Assembly: GCA_001823055.1 (NCBI GenBank)
Contig: MHTH01000006.1
Span: 1 to 42,263, forward strand
Direction of reading: 5' to 3'
Origin: Candidatus Vogelbacteria bacterium RIFOXYB1_FULL_42_16
Lineage (GTDB): Bacteria > Patescibacteriota > Minisyncoccia > Phycocordibacterales > XYD1-FULL-46-19
Length of the DNA stretch: 42,263 bases
This document shows, in pieces, positions 28,256 through 36,115 of this stretch; positions within the stretch are counted from its first letter, which is position 1; the number at the start of each line of letters is the position of its first letter. The translations under genes were made by a program, and so were the position numbers. The notes beneath the pieces are model-generated. The model was not told where the DNA came from and did no database searches. It saw only the letters and a program-made list of their open reading frames with translations.

Positions 28256-28621
28256 CTACCCCCGCCAACCGCGAAAAAGATTTTTAATCGCTCGGCCACC
28301 ACGCCGAAAAATAGATTTTTGTCTTTTATCATACTTGTTGACTTCCCGCATCATCAGGTCTTTGGCACCATCAACCGCCAAATACATATCTTCATTTTCC
28401 GCTACCGTCCGCAACTGTTTACCGCGATAAACCAGATTCATTTCCGCTCGAAAAATTTGACCAGTTTTATGATGATGAGTAATCAAGCCAACTTCCACAT
28501 TGATTTGCGAATTATCTGCTTGGTCGCCGAGTCTTTTTTCCAGATTGGATATTTTTTCCCGAATATAACTATTCAGCGCCGGCGTCAATTCCAAACTCAA
28601 GGCCTTGATATTAGTAATCAT
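28256..28621 (-). CDS. hpf: Ribosome hibernation factor (HPF/RaiA)
   Basis: LELTPALNSYIREKI...FRAEMNL...EDMYLAVD pattern, 121 aa. Confidence 0.9.
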   Translation of the reverse strand: MITNIKALSLELTPALNSYIREKISNLEKRLGDQADNSQINVEVGLITHHHKTGQIFRAEMNLVYRGKQLRTVAENEDMYLAVDGAKDLMMREVNKYDKRQKSIFRRGGRAIKNLFRGWRG

Positions 28622-28675
28622 AGAGTTATTTTTTAAAAAAATTGTTAATTCCGACTCAAAAACTACCTCTTTTGA

Positions 28676-28909
28676 TTATAACACCAGATTGTCTGGTAAG
28701 GAAAAAATCTTGCTCGGACTATGATGCCCGCTAACAATTCTGATTTGGCCATCTTTCAGTCCCAATTCATGAGCCACGAGTTTTATAATACCCTGATTGG
28801 CCAAATTTCTCTCGGCTGGCGCCTGCACCCACACTCGCCAAGTGTCAGTCGAGATTTTTTCTATTTTATCTTCTTTGGCTTCGGGCACCGCCCGAATTTT
28901 TAAATACAC
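28676..28909 (-). CDS. DUF167 (YggU) family protein
   Basis: VPEAKED, V.APAERNLAN, IVSGHHSPSK; GTG start. Confidence 0.85.
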   Translation of the reverse strand: MYLKIRAVPEAKEDKIEKISTDTWRVWVQAPAERNLANQGIIKLVAHELGLKDGQIRIVSGHHSPSKIFSLPDNLVL

Positions 28910-28950
28910 GATATCAAAAAATTAATAATTAAAAAATTAGAGGCTTTTGA

Positions 28951-29763
28951 TTACAACGGGCTCTTGATATTTTTCAGCGCCGGATTGGTCACATGAGTGT
29001 AAATCTGCGTCGTACGGATATTGGCGTGACCCAAGAGTTCCTGAACGAAACGAATATCAGTGCCATTTTCCAATAAATGCGTAGCGAATGAATGCCGTAA
29101 ACTATGAAAAGTGGCTTCTTTATTGACGCTAGACAGTTTCAAAGCTCTTTCAAAAACCATTTGCGCTGTCCGTTCGGTTAGCTTGCCACCTCGTTCGCTC
29201 TCAAAAACGAAATCATCACCCGATTTGCCGGCAATTAAATTTCTCAAATTATTGACTAGCTTGTCCGGCACCAAAGTTATTCGGTCTTTCTTGCCCTTAG
29301 CTTCTTTAAGATGGATAGTAAGTTCTTCTAAATTCAAGTCCCTGACTTTCAAATTGATGGCTTCGCTTACTCGCAAACCGGCGCCGTAAGACAATGTTAA
29401 TAGTAAAAGGTGTTTGGCATTTTTAACTGTTGCAAGTAAATCCTGTATTTCCTGACGACTCAAGACAACTGGTAACGATTTATTGCGTTTGGCAAATCTG
29501 ATATTAAATGTCTCCGATGATCTGATTACATCATGATAAAAATATTTGATAGCATTGAGATAGAGGTTAATGGTTTGCGATGAGTAATCCTTGTCTTGTT
29601 TTGATAATAAATATTCTCTAATATTGCCTTGATCCAATTTGTCTAAATTTGATTGTTTATAATTAAAATAATCCTCCAAGCATGATAAATAAGCATCGAT
29701 TGTCTTAGGGCTGTAATTGCGTATTTTTAGCTCCGTTTTTACTCGTTCTAATAATTGTTGCAT
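28951..29763 (-). CDS. Tyrosine recombinase (short integron-integrase-like / Xer-like)
   Basis: RNYSPKTIDAY N-terminal SAM-like domain; catalytic R (GLRVSE), K (KGKKDR), HxxR (HSLRH), H (LGH), Y (TTQIYTHV); 270 aa. Confidence 0.93.
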   Translation of the reverse strand: MQQLLERVKTELKIRNYSPKTIDAYLSCLEDYFNYKQSNLDKLDQGNIREYLLSKQDKDYSSQTINLYLNAIKYFYHDVIRSSETFNIRFAKRNKSLPVVLSRQEIQDLLATVKNAKHLLLLTLSYGAGLRVSEAINLKVRDLNLEELTIHLKEAKGKKDRITLVPDKLVNNLRNLIAGKSGDDFVFESERGGKLTERTAQMVFERALKLSSVNKEATFHSLRHSFATHLLENGTDIRFVQELLGHANIRTTQIYTHVTNPALKNIKSPL

Positions 29764-29787
29764 GTATTTAGGGTTTATTGCTATAAT
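29758..29787 (+). promoter_or_regulatory. Pc-like cassette promoter
   Basis: TTGCAT (29758-29763)-N18-TATAAT (29782-29787) with a TGn extension, pointing into the cassette array. Confidence 0.6.
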
Positions 29788-29836
29788 TAGGTCATGGACA
29801 ATTTGTCTGCCATTCGTCTTTCATACGTCTATTAGT

Positions 29837-29845
29837 ATTATATCA
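29837..29845 (-). promoter_or_regulatory. Pint-like promoter of the recombinase
   Basis: TGATATAAT (extended -10) on the minus strand, about 75 nt upstream of the recombinase ATG. Confidence 0.55.
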
Positions 29846-29854
29846 CAAAACTAT

Positions 29855-29875
29855 TCGCATAGAAACTAGTTGGAC
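29855..29875 (+). other. attI-like primary recombination site
   Basis: TCGCATA-GAAACTA-GTTGGAC: the GTTRRRY core is complementary to GTCCAAC at the end of cassette 1; TCGCATA matches the right arm of attC2; no upstream hairpin arm. Confidence 0.7.
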
Positions 29876-29940
29876 GAAATAGCAAAAACCTCTTTACTTT
29901 TTATTAAAATTTTGACAGTTTATTATTAATCATACAAAAT

Positions 29941-30363
29941 ATGAAGACACCAGACCAAATGGTACCTTATCTAAAGGAGAAAAAAATGGACATCGAGAAA
30001 AAAGAGTTGCACCAGCCAGTCCTTCATATTTTAAAGGAAACGGCAGAAAAGTTTCGCTCTTTAGACCAGGAAGCAGATGTAGCCCTTCAAAGCAAGCGTG
30101 ACACTGCAACCTATAAGCAAAAACTTGAAGAACGAGCGAAACTTTTAATCAATCTTCCAAATCTTTTGTCGGGTAAATTGGAAGACCTTGATTCAGAAGT
30201 TAAGCAAAGAATTGTGCGTGATATTGAATGGTTTGCAACAAGTGCAAATGAAGCGTTGGAGAATAATAATGGTTTTGCGCTTGGAGTACTGCTCACGCAC
30301 CAAGGTAGTAAAAATACCGACAAAAACGATTTGGAAGAATTGATTGCCTTGCTTGAAAAATAA
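29941..30363 (+). CDS. Cassette 1 ORF: helical hypothetical protein
   Basis: Single ORF filling the cassette 29869-30597; charged helical composition; no recognised family. Confidence 0.75.
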   Translation: MKTPDQMVPYLKEKKMDIEKKELHQPVLHILKETAEKFRSLDQEADVALQSKRDTATYKQKLEERAKLLINLPNLLSGKLEDLDSEVKQRIVRDIEWFATSANEALENNNGFALGVLLTHQGSKNTDKNDLEELIALLEK

Positions 30364-30408
30364 ACTGTCAAAATTTCTTTTTTAATCGGAGTCGGCTTTT
30401 GCTACATC

Positions 30409-30604
30409 GTCCAACACGGGATAAGCGGTTCAGGATTGGCACTCATTTTATAAAATAATGTGTGTGCCAATCCTTCTCCCAAATTCGTTTCCCTTTTATT
30501 TCAAATACATCAATGATTAGTGTGTTTAAAATAATTGAGAAGTGTATATCAAGTTTAACAAATTAAATCGGGAAACGAACTTCGCTTATCCCGATACGTT
30601 ATAT
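30409..30604 (+). other. attC-like site 1 (196 nt)
   Basis: GTCCAAC-A-CGGGATAAGCG ... CGCTTATCCCG-ATAC-GTTATAT, with two internal hairpins. Confidence 0.8.
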
Positions 30605-30679
30605 GAAATAATGAAAAATTCTTTTTGCCCTACTGGGCAAAATTAATCGGGACAAATTTATTTTTAAAATTAAAATATT

Positions 30680-31345
30680 ATGAAAAAAATCGCAACTATC
30701 GTTTTAGTTATTGTGCTTTTAATCGTAGCTGGCACATTATCATTTTTAATATTTAACAAGCAAAAACCAAATAACCAAATTTCTTTAACTGGTATTGATT
30801 CATCACAAATCAGGCCGGAAATAAAAATTTATCTTGATGAATTATACGACAGCGAAATTACATCAATAGAACACACAACCGATAGTATAGAGGAAAGCAC
30901 AAGAAGGTTTCCTGATAATCCTAAAATTTTTGAAGCTGGCAGATTTAAAGTTGTTCTTAATAATGACGGCGATAAAAAAGTAATGATTTTTCAAACCGAA
31001 GAAAAAGTAGGCCATATCGCGCCAGTTATTCCCGGTAAAACTGATGTTGGCGGCTATGTTGAAATTCAAAGAAATCCAGAAAGTGACAATTCCGAGGATA
31101 TAGCGCATACGACCCAAAGTATTGAAAATCAAGATAAATTAAACAATATTGCTGATTTAAAACTAAATGAATTTGAACTGGATTATTTAATTAGAATATT
31201 GTACAAAAAGTTTGAAAAACCATTGACTGATGAGCAGGCGCAAAATTTAAATGAAATTAAAGATTATGCCCTGGCGATTAAATTTAGTGGCAGGGATGGC
31301 ATAACCCAATATCATAATAGTTTGGTTAATGAATTAAAAAAATAA
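30680..31345 (+). CDS. Cassette 2 ORF: N-terminally anchored exported protein
   Basis: MKK + hydrophobic helix then an acidic soluble domain; fills cassette 30598-31488. Confidence 0.75.
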   Translation: MKKIATIVLVIVLLIVAGTLSFLIFNKQKPNNQISLTGIDSSQIRPEIKIYLDELYDSEITSIEHTTDSIEESTRRFPDNPKIFEAGRFKVVLNNDGDKKVMIFQTEEKVGHIAPVIPGKTDVGGYVEIQRNPESDNSEDIAHTTQSIENQDKLNNIADLKLNEFELDYLIRILYKKFEKPLTDEQAQNLNEIKDYALAIKFSGRDGITQYHNSLVNELKK

Positions 31346-31399
31346 ATTTGTCCCGATGAATAATTCGCTAATCGCGAATTAAGAATTTTTCATTACATC

Positions 31400-31495
31400 A
31401 TATAACAGCGTGTATGCGGTTCGTGCTTGGCTCCGCCAAATACTCGCCCATATCCGCCTAAATCGGCGGACATCGCATACACGCGAACGTTAGGC
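31400..31495 (+). other. attC-like site 2 (96 nt)
   Basis: ATATAAC-A-GCGTGTATGCG ... CGCATACACGC-GAAC-GTTAGGC. Confidence 0.82.
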
Positions 31496-31528
31496 GAAAT
31501 TTAAATCCTCACTTAACCCATTCAATTT

Positions 31529-31834
31529 ATGAAAAAATATTTACTAATAGCATTTATCTTTTCCGCATTAGTATTGTTGATAGTTTTCGTATTTTTTAAG
31601 AAGGACTCTTTATCAAAAAAATCTGCCACGCCACTAAATAAAGAAATTCTTATTGAGTCATGTCACCAAACGGGTGGTACTTGGAAAGAAGAATCTAATC
31701 CTTGCGAACCTACTTGCGACTATCAACGTAAAAAATTAAAAGGTGAGAAGCTCACTTGTATTGCTCTGGTAGTGCCTAATTGCGAATGCGAAAAAGATAA
31801 ATGCTGGAATGGATCAAGTTGTGAGCCACTTTAA
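31529..31834 (+). CDS. Cassette 3 ORF: membrane-anchored eight-cysteine protein
   Basis: MKK + TM, then C..GGTW...C...C...C...C.C...CW...C (8 Cys). Confidence 0.78.
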   Translation: MKKYLLIAFIFSALVLLIVFVFFKKDSLSKKSATPLNKEILIESCHQTGGTWKEESNPCEPTCDYQRKKLKGEKLTCIALVVPNCECEKDKCWNGSSCEPL

Positions 31835-31849
31835 CCGGATTTAAACATC

Positions 31850-31927
31850 GCCTAACACGGCATATACGGTTTCATTACATTACACCCATATTGCTATTGC
31901 AACATCGTATATGCCGAAACGTTAACT
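31850..31927 (+). other. attC-like site 3 (78 nt)
   Basis: GCCTAAC-A-CGGCATATACG ... CGTATATGCCG-AAAC-GTTAACT. Confidence 0.8.
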
Positions 31928-31931
31928 CAAA

Positions 31932-31970
31932 CAACAAGCTTGGGAGAAAGATATTCTCCCAAGCTTGTTG
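31932..31970. terminator. 17-bp perfect hairpin between the array and the convergent SIMPL gene
   Basis: CAACAAGCTTGGGAGAA-AGATA-TTCTCCCAAGCTTGTTG. Confidence 0.65.
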
Positions 31971-31988
31971 AGACAATTTGAGAGGTTT

Positions 31989-32840
31989 CTACTTTAGAGC
32001 GTAGCGCACATTGACCGTCACCTCGATTTCTTGCGAACCAGCCTCGATAGCTGGCGCTGATTCAGCCACCATAGCATCACCGCCCATGCCTAGACCAAGG
32101 CTCTTGGCATACATCGGAATCGGTGAACCATATTCGTCAATAGCCAGAATTCTTCCTAATGATATGCCACTTTCTTTAGCCAGACGTTTGGCCTCAATTT
32201 TAGCTTTGGCAATCGCTTCAGCTTTGGCCAAGAGACGCGCGCCGGCCGGATCGTCCAATTCAAAACGCAATTGCGAAACATTATTCGCACCGTTAGTCAC
32301 CACGCCGGACAACAAAGTGCCGAGATTTTTTTGTTCAAAATCACGCACAGTTACCTCGACAGTATTGTTAAAACTATAACCGACAATATCAGCCGGTGGA
32401 CAAGGTTGCGGTTCGGCCAACCCAAAAGTCGGGGCACCAGCAGAACCACCGCTTGTGGCCAGACCAATACTAACGACCCCGCGGTTACCACAAGCATAAC
32501 TTTGATAGCGAGGTTCCATCGAATAACCAGTGGTTTTAATGTCTTCTTTTGGTACACCCTGCTTTTTTAGAAAAGCTACGATCTTATTTGATCGATCGTC
32601 GTTATCTTTTTTCGCTTTGGCAATATCTTTTCCACCCTCGGTTTTAATCGAATAAGAAAAGCGAGCGACATCCGGCTTGGCAATGACTTTACCAATACCA
32701 GTAATAGTGATCGCCGGACTATTCAAGGCCGTGGACTTGGCGTAGGCATCGGCATAAATAAAAACTCCCACCGCTCCAACGATCAAGGCCAGAGCCTTGA
32801 TGCCAGTGACAATCATTTTAATTTTTTCTTCTTTGTTCAT
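31989..32840 (-). CDS. SIMPL (DUF541) domain protein
   Basis: TM, ITITGIGKVIAKPDVA, GANNVSQLRFEL, AIAKAKIEAKRLA, IEAGSQEIEVTVNVRY. Confidence 0.9.
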   Translation of the reverse strand: MNKEEKIKMIVTGIKALALIVGAVGVFIYADAYAKSTALNSPAITITGIGKVIAKPDVARFSYSIKTEGGKDIAKAKKDNDDRSNKIVAFLKKQGVPKEDIKTTGYSMEPRYQSYACGNRGVVSIGLATSGGSAGAPTFGLAEPQPCPPADIVGYSFNNTVEVTVRDFEQKNLGTLLSGVVTNGANNVSQLRFELDDPAGARLLAKAEAIAKAKIEAKRLAKESGISLGRILAIDEYGSPIPMYAKSLGLGMGGDAMVAESAPAIEAGSQEIEVTVNVRYALK

Positions 32841-32912
32841 TTTTTTATTTTTTATCCGCTGAAATAAATTTATTTATAAATTTAGCTTGATTATTTCACC
32901 GAAGTTGTTATT

Positions 32913-34103
32913 TTAATACCTTTCGACTTTTGAACGCAAAGTGATCTTAACCACCTGCGGATCTATTTTAATTAATTTGACATAGGCCGGATAAGAGATA
33001 TTGTCATTTTTAATTTGAACATCTTGCCAGCCCGCCTCGGCTTTAGGTAAGTCAATTATAGCCTTGACTTGACCGGAATCAAGACCGCGCAAGTCTTTTT
33101 CATTACCCGTCACTGTCACCTTGATACTTTGAGGACTAACTTGCTCCACCACCAGATTTTCTCTGATGAATCGAGCTTCAATCGGCACCGACAGGGTCTT
33201 GGTCACTGTCCCGCCGGAAAAAACATAACTAAACCAAAAAATAAAAGCCAACGAAACCGAAACAACTTTCATCCAAGTATTGCGAGCTAAAAAATAATGC
33301 CAAAAACCAGTAGTCAAATGGGTGTTAACCTTGATATGATCGCTAATTTTAACTCTCAATTCATCGACAGAAGTTATCAATTGTAACTTACCATCTCGAG
33401 CAATCGAGATATCACCTCTTTCTTCGGAGACAATCACCGCCAGAGCGTCAGATCTTTCGGTGATACCGGCCCCAGCCCGATGACGAGTCCCCGCCTTATC
33501 AAAACTCTGATAATTTTCGGCCAGAGGCAAGTGAACTCCAAAACGATAGAGACGATTGTTGTCGATAATGACTGCGCCATCGTGACCCGGACTGGAAGTG
33601 TCAAAAATACTCAAAAGAAGCGGTGAACTGACTTTGCCGTCTAAAAGCCAACCTCCTTCGACTAAAGTATCAAGCGGATAGTCACCCGGAAAAACCAACA
33701 AAGCGCCAATCTTTTTCTTGGACATAATATCGACCGCTCGCATCACCGCTAACGAAACTTCGTCGGAAATAGTTTTTTTCTTTTCCCAAACTATTTTTTG
33801 ACCGGAAATAAAAAACCAATCAAAAAAACGTCGCAGATCTCGTTGAAAAATAATCGCCAGAAAAAAGATGGCGAAGGTCAAAAAAGGTTGAAAAATCTGT
33901 CGAGTCAAGCCTAAATCAAACTTGGTCGATAAAAAATAGATGCCCGAAATCAAGACAATCGCGTAAAAAATAAAATAGGACCGAGTCTGCCGAATAAAGA
34001 TCAAGGCAACATAAAAAAGTGAAGCAACAATTAAAACGTCTAGAAAATCCTTGAGTTCAATCAAAGATAGGAAGTGAGATAAGTAATTCTGGTAGTAAGC
34101 CAT
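32913..34103 (-). CDS. dacA: Diadenylate cyclase (CdaA/DacA type) fused to a YbbR-like domain
   Basis: N-terminal TMs, GALLV, HDGAVII (DGA), GTRHRA (RHR), VSEERG; then KVVSVSLAFIFW TM and a YbbR-like beta domain. Confidence 0.88.
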   Translation of the reverse strand: MAYYQNYLSHFLSLIELKDFLDVLIVASLFYVALIFIRQTRSYFIFYAIVLISGIYFLSTKFDLGLTRQIFQPFLTFAIFFLAIIFQRDLRRFFDWFFISGQKIVWEKKKTISDEVSLAVMRAVDIMSKKKIGALLVFPGDYPLDTLVEGGWLLDGKVSSPLLLSIFDTSSPGHDGAVIIDNNRLYRFGVHLPLAENYQSFDKAGTRHRAGAGITERSDALAVIVSEERGDISIARDGKLQLITSVDELRVKISDHIKVNTHLTTGFWHYFLARNTWMKVVSVSLAFIFWFSYVFSGGTVTKTLSVPIEARFIRENLVVEQVSPQSIKVTVTGNEKDLRGLDSGQVKAIIDLPKAEAGWQDVQIKNDNISYPAYVKLIKIDPQVVKITLRSKVERY

Positions 34104-34259
34104 AAATGAAAAACTGGGCTATTGGCCCTTTAAAATAGTAATACGTGCTCAAAAGAGCTTTTCTTTCAGGGCTATTTTAGCACAAAGGATATTTTCTGAC
34201 CACTATTTCTCCCCCAGACCGCAAGATGATATACTAGAGAATAAGCCGATTAAAAAATT

Positions 34260-35513
34260 ATGTCTCAAATAAAATCTATTATCGCTCGGGAAATTCTTGA
34301 TTCTCGTGGCTACCCCACCGTCGAAGTTGACCTAACTTTGGCTGATGGTTCTTTTGGTCGCGCCTCGGTCCCCTCCGGCGCTTCTACCGGCTCGCACGAG
34401 GCGATCGAATTGCGCGATGGCGACCAAAAACGTTATCACGGCAAAGGTGTCCTCCAAGCCGTCGAAAATATCAACCAAGAATTGACCGGCGCCTTGACCA
34501 GTCAAGACTTTGATCAAAACTCCCTCGATACTAAAATGATCGACCTTGACGGCACCGCCAACAAAAGTCGCTTGGGCGCCAACGCCATTTTAGGGATATC
34601 GTTAGCTTTTGCCAAAGCAGTCGCCCAATCACAAAAAATTCCTCTCTATCAATACTTCGCCGATTTAGGCGGGACATCATTACCTTTTAAATTACCTAGA
34701 CCACTGATGAATATTTTAAACGGTGGACAACACGCCACCCACTCGACCGACCTGCAAGAATTTATGATTATACCGATCAGCGCTCCTAATTTTCATGAAG
34801 CTTTACGTTATGGCGCCGAAACTTTTCAAGCTTTGAAAAAAATCCTTGAAGCCAGAGATTTGCGAACAACAGTCGGCGATGAGGGCGGTTTTGCCCCAAC
34901 TCTAACTTCTAATGCCGAAGCGATCGAGATTATTTTAGAGGCGATTAATTCTGCCGGTTTTAAACCGGGTCAAGATATCGCGCTGGCCATCGACGTCGCC
35001 GCTTCCGAACTTTACCTTGACAACAAATATCATTTAAAAACCGAGAATCGCCAGTTGACGAGTGAAGAAATGGTCGCTCTATTTGAAGATTGGATTGATA
35101 AATATCCGATTATTTTGATCGAAGACGGTCTAGCCGAAGATGATTGGGCTGATTACAAATTGATGACCGCCAAGCTGGGAGGAAAAATACAAATTGTCGG
35201 TGACGATCTCTTTGTCACCGATCCTGTTCGCCTGCAAATGGGCATCGATCAACAAGTCGCGACGAGTATTCTAATTAAACCAAACCAAATTGGCACCGTC
35301 ACCGAAACGATCAAAACAATCCAACTGGCTAAGAAAAATAATTATCAGACCATCATTTCTCACCGCTCGGGCGAAACCGAAGACACCACCATTGCCGACT
35401 TGGCTGTCGGTCTCAACGCTGATTATATAAAAACCGGCTCGCTTTGCCGGTCAGAAAGAATCTGTAAATACAATCAATTGCTTCGCATCGAAGAAGAATT
35501 GGAGAAAAAATAG
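34260..35513 (+). CDS. eno: Enolase
   Basis: [46 protein letters not shown]. Confidence 0.98.
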   Translation: MSQIKSIIAREILDSRGYPTVEVDLTLADGSFGRASVPSGASTGSHEAIELRDGDQKRYHGKGVLQAVENINQELTGALTSQDFDQNSLDTKMIDLDGTANKSRLGANAILGISLAFAKAVAQSQKIPLYQYFADLGGTSLPFKLPRPLMNILNGGQHATHSTDLQEFMIIPISAPNFHEALRYGAETFQALKKILEARDLRTTVGDEGGFAPTLTSNAEAIEIILEAINSAGFKPGQDIALAIDVAASELYLDNKYHLKTENRQLTSEEMVALFEDWIDKYPIILIEDGLAEDDWADYKLMTAKLGGKIQIVGDDLFVTDPVRLQMGIDQQVATSILIKPNQIGTVTETIKTIQLAKKNNYQTIISHRSGETEDTTIADLAVGLNADYIKTGSLCRSERICKYNQLLRIEEELEKK

Positions 35514-35548
35514 ACCCGACGTCGCTTGTTGCGCGTGACGCCGGGTCT
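35512..35548 (+). terminator. GC-rich hairpin at the eno stop codon
   Basis: AGACCCG...CGGGTCT outer stem with an imperfect inner stem; weak U tract. Confidence 0.45.
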
Positions 35549-35630
35549 TGGGGAGTGAAAGCCTGATCTGGTCTCACTGCCCTTTTTCAACTTTCGTTTT
35601 TGGTGGCGTGAAAATCATCGCCACCAAACT

Positions 35631-36044
35631 TCATTCGAGAGCAGTCGGATGCTCGAGATATGATTTGGCTTTGTCCGCCAAACAATACCGACCACCCGAC
35701 AGATCGTCGATAAAACCATTGGAGACCAACCATTGCCAGTTGATCTCGATGATCTCGACAAATTGACCGATATCGAGATTGCGCACTCGTCTCAGTTCGT
35801 CAAGCAAAAACGATTGCCAAGAAAAAAAGGCGTGAATCGCGCACAACAGATCAAAGCGATGGTCGCACAGATCTTCGGCAATCTTTTTTTCTCGCCAACC
35901 AGCCAACGAGACGACATTGGCTGGCAAGATCTTTTCAGCCAAATCAGCCTTGGGCTTAGCCTGTCCACTTTTCGACTTAGACGGCGGAAACATCCGTCTC
36001 GACCCCTTGGCGCTACCGGGCCAACGTCCTCTAAAGAACTTCAT
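35631..36044 (-). CDS. Hypothetical protein (possible winged-helix C-terminus)
   Basis: TTGCCT-N17-TATAAT promoter (36096-36068) and GAAAGGAGGA SD precede the ATG; WLVSNGFI...GRYCLADKAKSYL resembles a wHTH wing. Confidence 0.6.
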   Translation of the reverse strand: MKFFRGRWPGSAKGSRRMFPPSKSKSGQAKPKADLAEKILPANVVSLAGWREKKIAEDLCDHRFDLLCAIHAFFSWQSFLLDELRRVRNLDIGQFVEIIEINWQWLVSNGFIDDLSGGRYCLADKAKSYLEHPTALE

Positions 36045-36115
36045 AGGTTGTCCTCCTTTCTGCCAGTATTATAACATTTTAAACAAATTTAGGCAAGAAA
36101 AAAGTCCAGTAAAAA

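Larger units (their letters stand above)
28951..31927. mobile_element. Non-canonical integron-like element: recombinase + attI-like site + three cassettes
   Basis: Recombinase divergent from three co-oriented ORFs, each delimited by GTTRRRY-like / complementary RYYYAAC-like cores and a conserved attC-like hairpin; visibly more AT-rich than the flanks. Confidence 0.85.

Noticed and set aside
28951-29763. Prophage/ICE integrase or housekeeping XerC/D
   Set aside because: No tRNA target, flanking direct repeats, phage or conjugation genes are visible; the adjacent attI/attC array explains the context better. Formal exclusion needs a phylogeny.
29869-31927. CRISPR array or transposon terminal repeats
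   Set aside because: The repeats are inverted and cassette-specific, separated by whole ORFs; there are no cas or transposase genes and no target-site duplications.
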